Virus record (IMG/VR): IMGVR_UViG_3300032320_000343
Coordinates: 1-31,466 of that record
Source of the DNA: a virus
Lineage: Duplodnaviria > Caudoviricetes
Direction: 5' to 3' (one strand)
Length of the DNA stretch: 31,466 bases
Positions 18,543 through 27,145 of the stretch are shown piece after piece. The position numbers and the translations under genes were made by a program. The notes under the pieces are model-generated. The model ran no database searches, was not told the DNA's origin, and saw nothing but the letters and a program-made list of their open reading frames with translations. Each line of letters begins with the position of its first letter. Position 1 is the first letter of the stretch.

Positions 18543-18796
18543 ACAATATCTCTCACGACTGTGCGGCTTCCTTCGTTAAAAAAAGCATGGGCTGGATCGG
18601 TGCCTGGTATAGCTATTGGGATTTCTACGTAAGTATTTTTAAGCCATTCCAAAAATTTTGCCCCGTCCTCAGTAGTAAAAACCCTTAAACATAATTTATT
18701 AAGGTCGTTAACGGACTGCTCTGCCGAGCGAATGTCTTGCACTTGCTCATTAAGCCCTTCCCATCCATCTGTAAGCGCCTGCTCTAGCTTACTCAT
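18512..18796 (-). CDS. Small head-assembly protein (Bbp19-like)
   Basis: RVFTTEDG..FLEWL and AFFNEG.R.VVRDI motifs; typical position between portal and scaffold. Confidence 0.75.
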   Translation of the reverse strand: MSKLEQALTDGWEGLNEQVQDIRSAEQSVNDLNKLCLRVFTTEDGAKFLEWLKNTYVEIPIAIPGTDPAHAFFNEGSRTVVRDIVWKMQKAKNL

Positions 18797-20361
18797 TGCA
18801 TATTACCTATTACTTCGGCTGCAACTTCTGGGTTCTCTTGTGCGAGCTGCTGTGCTTGCTGCGCTGCCTGCTGCATATTAAATTGGCGCTCCTCAGCCGA
18901 TGCGCGTAGCCTGCTTGGTACGCCGAGTTTGTCGCCGATAAAGTCAATAATCTCACCGTACTTCGGTGTAGCCTGACCCTCTGGCCCCAACTGTGCAGCC
19001 ATCTGTACAAACTGCATTGTGTTGGTTACATCTTCCATGTTCTGAGCCATAGCCAGCGGAGCGATTGGAGCAACGCGAACCTCTAGTCCGTTGACGCGCA
19101 ATGGCAGATCGATTAGTCCACGCTCATCCATTACCTGTAAAGTCTTACTTACCAATGGAATCATCGTCTCGTTAATCAAACGACCAAACGCAGAGCCTAA
19201 GTTTTGGCTAAGTTCCTTCATGCGCTCGACTACCTCAGTAGCAGAGCGAGCAGACATATTGTCAGGTGGCAACGATTCATCTAGCAAGATGCGTTTGATG
19301 TTGGTTACGAGGTCATTAATAATAATCTGCGATACGTTGAAATCCCCAGCGCGAGGTAGCGGTTTTAATGATTCGCCTTGTGGGCCACCATTACGCGCTA
19401 CTGGGATAATTGCACCGGGGATAATCTTAACGGTAGCTGGATTTAAAACACCATCGTCTGCCGCTGTGTATACGCCTGAGATAGCCAAACTAGCATTTTT
19501 AAGTACCAGCTCTTTTACCTTGTTTAATGTCTTGATATCTGGCAGAGCTGTAATCAATGGGCCACGACCGTAGATCTCGCCAGCAACCTTCATATAGCGA
19601 CTGACAACCCAAGGGCTGTGCTTTAGTCTGCGGTAAACAACCTCTACTTTAGACTCTTTATGGATTACGTGATAGCAGTAGTCGCCACGCTTAGGATCAA
19701 ATACAGTAGCCTCAATCAGCTCTACATCTTCTGTAGGCTTGTTATCAATCTTAGTTTGCAGATCAGGAGAGATAACTGCGTCCTTCCATTGCTGGATAAT
19801 AGCCTCGCCTTTGATACGCATACGGCGGTATACGTTATCTACTTGGCCGTTAGCGCCTTCTTCAAACGCAACCAAAAACTGTGGCACAGGAATGTAGTTG
19901 ATTGGCGAGATATCATCACCAGGCTGAACCATCATTACAGCGGTACCGACTGACAGATCCAATAAAAACTCACCAACTGCAATATCAAAGTTGGATTGCT
20001 TGATGGTTGCAAACAGTTTCTCAGTATAGATATCAAGAGCTGCGTTAGCCTCTGCTTTGCGGTCATCTGGAATATCAGGGCCAGACTCCAAGCGGCACCA
20101 TCTACGCTGTGGTGGGAATATGCCTGACTGGATGCGATTAGCAAAACGCTGTGTAGAGTTGATGGCGGTAGCATCAAATACGCGGTTCATCTTCTTAGCG
20201 CCGCCTACCTTGCCATCGTAGTAGCCATCATACAGGTTACGCTGTGGCAGAGCGAACTCATATGCCTCATCGTATAGATCGCGAAAGTCCTCTTTCTTAC
20301 GCAGCGCAATGTCGTGCCGCTTTAGAATGTCCTCTGGTTTTAAACGCATCATTTCAGCCAT
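18793..20361 (-). CDS. Portal (head-tail connector) protein
   Basis: FDATAI, GE.YGRGP...ALPDIK.LN and SATEV.ER..E....LG...GRL..E motifs. Start moved to ATG 20361 (RBS AAGGA). Confidence 0.93.
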   Translation of the reverse strand: MAEMMRLKPEDILKRHDIALRKKEDFRDLYDEAYEFALPQRNLYDGYYDGKVGGAKKMNRVFDATAINSTQRFANRIQSGIFPPQRRWCRLESGPDIPDDRKAEANAALDIYTEKLFATIKQSNFDIAVGEFLLDLSVGTAVMMVQPGDDISPINYIPVPQFLVAFEEGANGQVDNVYRRMRIKGEAIIQQWKDAVISPDLQTKIDNKPTEDVELIEATVFDPKRGDYCYHVIHKESKVEVVYRRLKHSPWVVSRYMKVAGEIYGRGPLITALPDIKTLNKVKELVLKNASLAISGVYTAADDGVLNPATVKIIPGAIIPVARNGGPQGESLKPLPRAGDFNVSQIIINDLVTNIKRILLDESLPPDNMSARSATEVVERMKELSQNLGSAFGRLINETMIPLVSKTLQVMDERGLIDLPLRVNGLEVRVAPIAPLAMAQNMEDVTNTMQFVQMAAQLGPEGQATPKYGEIIDFIGDKLGVPSRLRASAEERQFNMQQAAQQAQQLAQENPEVAAEVIGNMQ

Positions 20362-20362
20362 A

Positions 20363-20632
20363 TCAATCCTTTTTGTGCTTATTCGCAAAGTTGCGAGCTG
20401 CCTCTTTGCTACCAAATCCCCACTTCTTTAGAGCCAGCTTTAGGCGTGTTGGCTTTCCATTCTCATCAACGAGTGGGCCAGCCATACCAGCAAACCGAGC
20501 AGCAAACGATACGCGCCGCGGGTTAACGCCTTCGCTTACAGGAGGCTTTAGGTTCGCGCCCTCTGTCCGCTTAAAGTATTTACGGCCAGCCTCAGTAAGA
20601 CCGCCGCTAGGACTCTTATGCTCTTTCTTCAT
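20363..20632 (-). CDS. Small basic protein (DUF6321-like)
   Basis: K.P.GGLT..GR..F...G.NLKPP..RR.SF.ARF.G...PTRL.LAL.KW; ATG 20632 overlaps the upstream TGA. Confidence 0.75.
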   Translation of the reverse strand: MKKEHKSPSGGLTEAGRKYFKRTEGANLKPPVSEGVNPRRVSFAARFAGMAGPLVDENGKPTRLKLALKKWGFGSKEAARNFANKHKKD

Positions 20633-21222
20633 TCGTACCAATCTATCCGCATCTCAGCCATCTGAGAGGTGCTATTTACGTTTGTTAAACGAAACAGATA
20701 TGTTGTCAACGGTTTTAAAATAAATTCAAAACTAGTTCCCCTGCCACCAGCTCCACTTCTATTTCCTTGACCTTCTGCGCTTGTAATAAGTTCAGAATAA
20801 AATTCTGTGCCTACTGCGGTTACGGTTGGATTTAATACCGCAGCCGCTTGGCTTGCTGTGGTAATTACTCGATTGCGGCGATGCAAAGTCATTGCTGTGC
20901 CGCCGCTAGTTGTAGAGCTTTCGTAAGCGTAAACCTCAGTCTCGCCGCCACATTGATAATCAACAAACGCATGAGCCTCTAGTCCAGCTGGCCACGCAAT
21001 AGCAATGTTAATGCTTGCGCCAACAGCCAATCTAGATGCGTCTTTATGTGTGTGATATACATAATACGCAACACCTTCATGCAACCGTAAATGGTTTACA
21101 TCAACCATAGGGAAAGGCTTATCCGAGCTAGCTAGATACTGAGTGCCGTCCTTACCTGTATAGCTAGGCGATACGTGCCTTGACTTAGTGCTTTCAGACT
21201 CGCGCTGAACAATGATTGCCAT
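20629..21222 (-). CDS. Hypothetical protein, possibly structural
   Basis: 197-aa beta-rich ORF coupled to both neighbours (TAATG and ATGA overlaps). Confidence 0.7.
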   Translation of the reverse strand: MAIIVQRESESTKSRHVSPSYTGKDGTQYLASSDKPFPMVDVNHLRLHEGVAYYVYHTHKDASRLAVGASINIAIAWPAGLEAHAFVDYQCGGETEVYAYESSTTSGGTAMTLHRRNRVITTASQAAAVLNPTVTAVGTEFYSELITSAEGQGNRSGAGGRGTSFEFILKPLTTYLFRLTNVNSTSQMAEMRIDWYE

Positions 21223-21377
21223 TATTTTTTCTTAGGCTTCATTGCAGTTTTAGCCGCCTTCTTAAAGGCTGCGTCAGTAGGCGCGCCGGGCGAACCAGGT
21301 TTACGCATCTTTTCTTTAGAACCTTCAGCAATGCGCTCACGCTTGGCGTGGATATTTGCGTATAGTCCAGCTTTCAT
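21222..21377 (-). CDS. Small basic protein (51 aa), not in ORF track
   Basis: MKAGLYANIHAKRERIAEGSKEKMRKPGSPGAPTDAAFKKAAKTAMKPKKK*; start and stop overlap both neighbours. Confidence 0.8.
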   Translation of the reverse strand: MKAGLYANIHAKRERIAEGSKEKMRKPGSPGAPTDAAFKKAAKTAMKPKKK

Positions 21378-21511
21378 TTTTTCTTCGCCATTCCAGCTTC
21401 AGACATAGCAATAGCTACGGCCTGATCGCGTGATTTAACTTTGTCGCCAGAGCTAGACTTTAGCTTGCCCGACTTGTATTCGCGCATAACCTTAGCAACT
21501 TTAGCTTTCAT
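21374..21511 (-). CDS. Small basic protein (45 aa, DUF6496-like), not in ORF track
   Basis: MKAKVAKVMREYKSGKLKSSSGDKVKSRDQAVAIAMSEAGMAKKK*; alternative TTG start at 21520. Confidence 0.8.
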   Translation of the reverse strand: MKAKVAKVMREYKSGKLKSSSGDKVKSRDQAVAIAMSEAGMAKKK

Positions 21512-21512
21512 C

Positions 21513-21752
21513 TTATCCAAGGCTTTGTCCCCCACCTAAAGTTTCTACACCTGACTCTGCACTTAAACGAGCGTCAGATAACAAAGCACGACCACGGCGG
21601 CGAGCGCCACGCATACGAGCGCCCATCATCTCATCCATTGCGCTGGCTCTAGATACATTTTTTGCTGCACCAGCCATGTTTGTTGGCGCTGGTGCGCTAG
21701 GCTTTTTGTCAACGCCAATAGCTTGACCTACTTTTTGGACTGCTCCACCCAT
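21513..21752 (-). CDS. Small Gly/Ala/Arg-rich protein (T7 gp7.3-like position)
   Basis: Starts MGG and ends RRRGRALLSDARL..E.GVETLG; upstream of the portal gene. Confidence 0.7.
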   Translation of the reverse strand: MGGAVQKVGQAIGVDKKPSAPAPTNMAGAAKNVSRASAMDEMMGARMRGARRRGRALLSDARLSAESGVETLGGGQSLG

Positions 21753-21754
21753 GA

Positions 21755-21997
21755 TTAAACTCCCATTCCATTAGAACCTAAAGTTTGCTCAACGCCCGTC
21801 TCAGGGTTTAAGCGCGTATCTGCCAACAACATTCTTGAGCCACCACGTCTGCGTGATGCAACGCGACCAGCTGCTTGCTCGGCGAGCTGTCTACGCTCCT
21901 CGTCTGCTTGCATTTTTAAACGCTCGTTTTCTTCACGCTGCGCTGCAATCTGACCTGACATATCAGGCGCTCCACCGCCGCCAAATAATCCACCCAT
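21755..21997 (-). CDS. Small Gly/Ala/Arg-rich protein, paralogue of the downstream gene
   Basis: Start moved to ATG 21997 (MGGLFGGGG, RBS GAGG); ends RRRGGSRMLLADTRL..E.GVEQTLG. Confidence 0.7.
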   Translation of the reverse strand: MGGLFGGGGAPDMSGQIAAQREENERLKMQADEERRQLAEQAAGRVASRRRGGSRMLLADTRLNPETGVEQTLGSNGMGV

Positions 21998-21998
21998 A

Positions 21999-22493
21999 TT
22001 AAAACCTCGCCATAAGTAAGTAATCAACCTGATCTGGCCCGTACTTTCGCATTACGCTTTCAGTCTCAAACCCAATCGCTTTTGCGTATCGAAACGCCCT
22101 ATTGTCGTCAGTTCTAACAGTTATTTGTAATCTATGCAACTGTAGATATCTAATTGCGATATCGCCAAAAGATCTGCCTGTTCTAAGCGCTGTAGCTGGG
22201 ATCTCTCTAGCTTGATTATCAAAGATGCTCCACATCTCACCAACGCCAGGCCATATGTTTATTACACCAAGTATGGCTATTGGCCTGTTGTGCCTAAACA
22301 CCGTAAACGCAGAGCCCATTCGGGCTTGCTGAGAAACCATTGATTTAATATCGTACACATTAGATAGAACCGATATCTCTTTATGGTCAAAGTCTAAATG
22401 GTCAAAATGCTCAGGCACAAACGGCAGATAGTACATACCCTTGCGCTTATGCACCTCATCGTTTACAGCCTCAAAAGGTATTGATTTTGTCAT
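21999..22493 (-). CDS. GNAT-family (RimL-like) acetyltransferase
   Basis: LHRLQITV..DD.RA.RYAKAIGFE.E..MRKY C-terminal GNAT motif. Confidence 0.75.
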   Translation of the reverse strand: MTKSIPFEAVNDEVHKRKGMYYLPFVPEHFDHLDFDHKEISVLSNVYDIKSMVSQQARMGSAFTVFRHNRPIAILGVINIWPGVGEMWSIFDNQAREIPATALRTGRSFGDIAIRYLQLHRLQITVRTDDNRAFRYAKAIGFETESVMRKYGPDQVDYLLMARF

Positions 22494-24049
22494 CGTCCGA
22501 ATATATCAAAGTCGCTGTTAGCTACGGTCTGGGCTACAAAAGTCTTGCTTTGCCCTGCTGGCCCACGCGTCATGCGCTTGTATTCGCCACCACCTAGCAG
22601 CAGGTAGCCGAAAGCATCGCCTACGTGAGAGTGCTCATTCTTATTCGGCGCATCCTTAAAGCGCTCTTGTCCTGATCCAACCGAGATCCGCTTAAAGTGA
22701 TAGCCACCAGCCAAAGATTTACGCAGCATCTTGCATTTTGTGTCAACGATTAGCCCCGGCTTACCGTTAATAAGTCTTTGCATGGGCGCGGCAGCCGACT
22801 CTCGGCGCACCTTGAAGTCATTTGATGGGGTAGGCTGGGCTTTAAGGCCTAGCGTCTTTAGGAAGTCAAAGGCCGTTACCTCATAAATCGCATCTCTAGC
22901 CATACCAGCGGGGTCGCCCCATACTAATACTTGGATGCCGGGGTATCTTGCGTTCAGTTCCGATATGAGTTGGTGGCCAAAGCGCTCTAAGCCCATATCA
23001 AAAGTAACAATCTCATCAATAATTTGCCATGTGCCAGATGGTAAACGCTGCCCGATCACCGCGGCTGGGGTTAAACCAAAGTCAAGCCCGACTTGGATCG
23101 GCACCGTAGGGTCTACCTCAGTAGGGCCAGACATAATGTTGTCGTTATACTCAGGCCAAACCGACTTACCCTCTTGCACGTAGGTGTACTTACCCTCGGC
23201 ATAGCACCTAATCCAGTCTAAATTCTTACCTAATAGCATCTGCTGATAGTAGCCAGCAGGCAGGTTGGCCACGTTCTCGGCTCGTTTATTAATTTGCCAC
23301 CACTTGCCGGATGCAAAGATGCAGTCGTTTGCCTCTGGGTTCTCAGGCAGATCGGTTACTGGCAGCTCTATAACACCGCCAGGCTGCTTAAAAAACTTCC
23401 AAGCATATACCCCTGTCATCTTTTCTTTTTCTGCAAGGCGATACCACCAATGGTCGTCATCCATCGGGTTTGTATCCATCCAGATACCATGCCAACTAGC
23501 CCCGCCATCCCGCTTTGTGGGGTATCGGCCCACGCGGTGCGTAAGACCATCGATTACAGCCTTCGGTAATTCACGCGCCTCATTCACCCACGCGCCCGTT
23601 AGCTCTAGGGATAATAGCTTTCGCACGTCTTTAGGCTGGTCAAGCGCTAGGAAGATAACCTCACAGTCAATACCAGCTGCGCCCTCTCTAGCAGGCAGCC
23701 GGATATGGTGGGTAATGGGTGGTGTATGCAGCATTGGCCCAAAAGTGTTCTCTGGAAACAGGTCTAACCACGTCTTGATTGTGGTAGTCTTTAACTCAGG
23801 GTACGAGTTTCGTACAATGACAAAACGGCTATATCGGATGCCATCGATAGGGCTAGGCTTTTGCTGAATTGCCCGAATGAATACCTCAGCGGCACAAGCA
23901 TATGATTTGCCGGAGCCCACAGGCCCCATCATTCCACGCACAAACGCGTTAGACGTGAGAAACTTGTATACCTCTGGGCTTTTAGAGAAGTCTAGGTTCA
24001 GACCTGTAGAGGGTATTTGCTTGGAACTTGCCTCTTTGGTACGTGACAT
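22490..24049 (-). CDS. terL: Terminase large subunit
   Basis: Walker A GPVGSGKS, Walker B GAWVNEARE, DTNP, and nuclease motifs GLDFG and SH..DA..Y. Confidence 0.95.
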   Translation of the reverse strand: MSRTKEASSKQIPSTGLNLDFSKSPEVYKFLTSNAFVRGMMGPVGSGKSYACAAEVFIRAIQQKPSPIDGIRYSRFVIVRNSYPELKTTTIKTWLDLFPENTFGPMLHTPPITHHIRLPAREGAAGIDCEVIFLALDQPKDVRKLLSLELTGAWVNEARELPKAVIDGLTHRVGRYPTKRDGGASWHGIWMDTNPMDDDHWWYRLAEKEKMTGVYAWKFFKQPGGVIELPVTDLPENPEANDCIFASGKWWQINKRAENVANLPAGYYQQMLLGKNLDWIRCYAEGKYTYVQEGKSVWPEYNDNIMSGPTEVDPTVPIQVGLDFGLTPAAVIGQRLPSGTWQIIDEIVTFDMGLERFGHQLISELNARYPGIQVLVWGDPAGMARDAIYEVTAFDFLKTLGLKAQPTPSNDFKVRRESAAAPMQRLINGKPGLIVDTKCKMLRKSLAGGYHFKRISVGSGQERFKDAPNKNEHSHVGDAFGYLLLGGGEYKRMTRGPAGQSKTFVAQTVANSDFDIFGR

Positions 24050-24075
24050 AGTAACCTTTTAATGATATTTTCTTA

Positions 24076-24103
24076 AATATACTGTATAAACAACAATATG
24101 CAA
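24076..24103 (-). promoter_or_regulatory. Putative promoter for terL and downstream late genes
   Basis: TTGCAT-N16-TATATT in the AT-rich 71-bp divergent gap. Confidence 0.5.
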
Positions 24104-24120
24104 AATTATTTAAGGTAATT

Positions 24121-25122
24121 ATGTCAGGATATCACCTAACAGACGCAGAGTTTATAGCCGAATGGAACGCCGCCCCTAATGCGGTTGAGATGGCAAAGAA
24201 GATTGGCGTTAATTACCGCAATGTATTAAAGCGCAGGCGCGGTATTGAGTCCAGAAACAACATTATCTTAGAGGCAAAAGGCATTGGTCAAGATAAACTC
24301 AAGTACCAAAACATTCAAATTACTAGAGCTGAGGAGACTCCGCACCATGCTAGGCGTGAGACCCAGATGGAGAAGGGGCGCGTAGTCGTATTCTCCGATG
24401 CCCACTTCTGGCCAGACGATTACACTACCGCATACAAAGCGCTCCTAATGATTATCAAGGAGTTCAGACCTAAAGTTGTGATTGCAAATGGGGACGTGTT
24501 TGATGGCTCCCAGGCTTCACGCCATCCCCGTATCGGCTGGTCTAATACGCCAACCATCAAGGAGGAGTTGGAGGCTTGCAGGGAGTTCATGGGCAATATT
24601 GAAAAGGCTGCAATCGGCGCAGAACTGATCTGGACTTTAGGCAATCACGATGCCCGCTTTGAAACATTCCTTGCAGCTCAGGCTGGGCAGTACGAGGGAG
24701 TTGAGGGCTTTACCCTTAAAGACCACTTTCCATTATGGAAACCTTGCTGGTCTTACTGGGTCAATGACGATACGATGATTAAGCACCGCTGGAAAGGCGG
24801 GTTCTCAGCTGGCCGCGCTAACTCGCTTAACGCTGGAGTTAACATCATTACTGGCCATACACACAACTTGGCCGTTCAGCCGATTACAGACTTTAGCCCA
24901 GCTTTCCGACATAACGGAGGTACACGTTACGGCGTACAGACAGGCACATTGGCAGAGCCACACTCGGAGCAATTTGTTCATTACACCGAGGATAACCCAA
25001 AGGACTGGAGATCAGGGTTTGCCCTACTGTCTTTTGAGCGTGGTCGCCTGATGTTGCCAGAGTTAATCCAAGTCTGCGGCGAGGATGAATTTGAATTTCG
25101 AGGTTGTATAAATAAAGTATGA
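24121..25122 (+). CDS. Calcineurin-like metallophosphoesterase with N-terminal HTH-like segment
   Basis: All five motifs: SDAH, GDVFD, GNHD, H and GHTH; N-terminal MAKKIGVNYRNV; RBS AAGG. Confidence 0.9.
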   Translation: MSGYHLTDAEFIAEWNAAPNAVEMAKKIGVNYRNVLKRRRGIESRNNIILEAKGIGQDKLKYQNIQITRAEETPHHARRETQMEKGRVVVFSDAHFWPDDYTTAYKALLMIIKEFRPKVVIANGDVFDGSQASRHPRIGWSNTPTIKEELEACREFMGNIEKAAIGAELIWTLGNHDARFETFLAAQAGQYEGVEGFTLKDHFPLWKPCWSYWVNDDTMIKHRWKGGFSAGRANSLNAGVNIITGHTHNLAVQPITDFSPAFRHNGGTRYGVQTGTLAEPHSEQFVHYTEDNPKDWRSGFALLSFERGRLMLPELIQVCGEDEFEFRGCINKV

Positions 25123-25472
25123 GAATCACGCCCGAGGCTGTGCGCCACCTTTACTCTAGCTTGGTAGTAACCTACCCCTTCACCAAATGGCCTATGCCTT
25201 TGCCAGAAACTGTGGATTTTCAAATTATCCATGACCGAGATTTAATGGGCAGCTATTTGTATTGCGATTCGGATGACTACGAACACACCATAACCATTTC
25301 ATCGGCTAGGTGCGCGCACTTCTCAACTTTGCTAAGTACCCTTTGCCACGAAATGGTACATTGCAGCTTTCACAAACAAAAGGGTGATAAGTGGTTGCAG
25401 CATGGGAAACCCTTTCGGACTAGGTGTTTTATGGTTGCCCTTGAGATTGGCCTAGATCCATTAGAGCTGTAA
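25119..25472 (+). CDS. Small zincin / SprT-like HExxH protein
   Basis: I.IS...LL.TLCHEMVH...HG..F pattern; ATGA overlap with the phosphoesterase gene. Confidence 0.8.
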   Translation: MRITPEAVRHLYSSLVVTYPFTKWPMPLPETVDFQIIHDRDLMGSYLYCDSDDYEHTITISSARCAHFSTLLSTLCHEMVHCSFHKQKGDKWLQHGKPFRTRCFMVALEIGLDPLEL

Positions 25473-25640
25473 GTGCATGAAATTTCAATAAAAAGTCATG
25501 CAAAAATGTGACATCGTTGTCCGATATTTGTATATACATTGTTTATACTTTTTTTTACAAAGTCACACTTTTTCTTACAAAAGCACCGTTTCAAATATAT
25601 AATTTTTATGTTACTAAAAACACGGTAGAGCCCGGCTGTT

Positions 25641-26468
25641 TTAGTCTCCGCAAAAGCAAGATATTCCTTCTTCATCAGTTTTAAACATATCAGCCTGATC
25701 TGCTGCAAAATTCTTCATTTGAATATAGCTTGGCCTGTCTTTTCTAAACCTAGCTCCATCTCCTGTAAACTTTCCAGCGGAGTGTATTCTGGCCTCTTGC
25801 TCTGCCCACCAGACGGCTCTTTCGGGCTTTTCTGCAATAAGGCTTAATGTTTGTGGGTACCCCTTTAAAAAACATAAATCACAGTTGCCGTGATAAGTTT
25901 TACCTTTAAAGTTTGGCAAACCTAAATCAAAAGACTGCTCATTCCAAAATTTACCTACATCTGCTGCGGTAATACCTGCGGTAAATAAAGGGACTCGCTC
26001 CCTTGCCATTTTTGCGGCCCTTCTTGGTTCATCTGCCCTGATGCCAACCCAGTCCATATTCTCGTTGTGTTTCCATCCAAGGGATTTTAAATATTTATCT
26101 ATTGTGCGTATTTTTAATTCAGCAGTACAAAACCTCGTTACTGGATTTGGTAAATAGTTTTTCTTTGTAATTAATGCCTCAAAAGGCTCACCGTTTCTGC
26201 TGGCTGTAACAAAATCTACAACCTTGAATTTTGGGTCATCTGGTATATATTCTAGCCAATGTATAGGAACATTCCAGTTTTGACCGCAATCTCGCACAAA
26301 TTCCAACGTAGCTTCTTCTTCTTTACCTGTATTTGCAAAAACTACAATAGCGTCAGCAGGCAACTCGCCGTTGTTGGATTGCAATATACGCCAAAGCATA
26401 TAACCAGAAGTGCGACCGCCACTAAAACTAATAACTGTTGGCTCCAATATTTCAAAGGGATCGCTCAT
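25641..26468 (-). CDS. PAPS-reductase-family (PP-loop) protein
   Basis: SFSGGRTS PP-loop, NTGKE, RFCT.ELK, GIRADEPRR, NCDLCF and terminal SCFC. Start moved to ATG 26468 (TAATG overlap). Confidence 0.88.
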   Translation of the reverse strand: MSDPFEILEPTVISFSGGRTSGYMLWRILQSNNGELPADAIVVFANTGKEEEATLEFVRDCGQNWNVPIHWLEYIPDDPKFKVVDFVTASRNGEPFEALITKKNYLPNPVTRFCTAELKIRTIDKYLKSLGWKHNENMDWVGIRADEPRRAAKMARERVPLFTAGITAADVGKFWNEQSFDLGLPNFKGKTYHGNCDLCFLKGYPQTLSLIAEKPERAVWWAEQEARIHSAGKFTGDGARFRKDRPSYIQMKNFAADQADMFKTDEEGISCFCGD

Positions 26469-26689
26469 TACGCAAACTGACAAATGAATAATACAATTCC
26501 AGAAAAGTAAAATATAACCGCTACAGCCTCAACCACAAATAGCGGTTTATCGTCTAGCGCATAGCCAGCAGTTGCCCAGATCGCGGATCCAATAAACCCA
26601 AGGATCAAGTTTGCCGGATAGATATTGAGCGCGGTCAATAGAATACTCAGCAGGCAGATGCTTGTGCCAATCCATTTAAATTTAATCAT
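26468..26689 (-). CDS. Small membrane protein (about 3 TM; DUF6552-like)
   Basis: KWIGT...L....LTALNIYP.N....FIG...W; ATG 26689 with RBS AGGA. Confidence 0.7.
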   Translation of the reverse strand: MIKFKWIGTSICLLSILLTALNIYPANLILGFIGSAIWATAGYALDDKPLFVVEAVAVIFYFSGIVLFICQFA

Positions 26690-26690
26690 G

Positions 26691-26807
26691 TCAGTTCCTA
26701 TGGTAAGTGTTTTGTTTATTGGCCAGCATTGATTTAATAAGCTCATCCATACTAAAGAAGTATTGAATAAACATCTGCCCGCCTGGTTCGTAAATAGTAA
26801 AGCTCAT
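26691..26807 (-). CDS. Hypothetical 38-aa protein, not in ORF track
   Basis: MSFTIYEPGGQMFIQYFFSMDELIKSMLANKQNTYHRN* fills the gap exactly, with an ATGA overlap upstream. Confidence 0.6.
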   Translation of the reverse strand: MSFTIYEPGGQMFIQYFFSMDELIKSMLANKQNTYHRN

Positions 26808-27145
26808 TTCTCACTCGCTTTCTTTAGTACGGCTATAGCAAAATCGTACAAATCCTCATTTGTAGGCTTTTCAGCAACATCCATAATTAAGCCATCTATT
26901 TCTTTATCTGTTAGCTCTTTTGCTGGGTGGGTATAAAGTGGAATAGCCTCCTTTGTTGGGTGGCTAGAGTACCTACAAAAGTCGTTCCAGTTCGGATCTA
27001 CAAGCATCCACGCTACTGGTTTATTGTTACGCATAGCTTCAAGCGCCTTAAACCCCTCTGTTATTTCTTCTGCAAGACTACGCTGACGCAATGGACAATC
27101 TCTGCCTTGATTGCAGTTATGGTTGCAACATTCTTGAGTATTCAT
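26804..27145 (-). CDS. Hypothetical phage accessory protein
   Basis: N-terminal CCNHNCNQGRDCP, then PVAW...PLYTHP..LTD.EI motifs typical of mosaic phage accessory ORFs. Confidence 0.7.
   Translation of the reverse strand: MNTQECCNHNCNQGRDCPLRQRSLAEEITEGFKALEAMRNNKPVAWMLVDPNWNDFCRYSSHPTKEAIPLYTHPAKELTDKEIDGLIMDVAEKPTNEDLYDFAIAVLKKASEK

Noticed and set aside
549-23867. Many + strand ORFs of 60-200 aa (e.g. 801..1220, 4172..4744, 4236..4715, 17440..18051, 19091..19573, 23265..23867)
   Set aside because: They lie antisense to well-supported genes, lack recognisable motifs, and are explained as shadows of codon bias or repeats.
25496-25708. 70-aa - strand ORF
   Set aside because: Overlaps the PAPS-reductase 3' end and runs through low-complexity AT-rich DNA.
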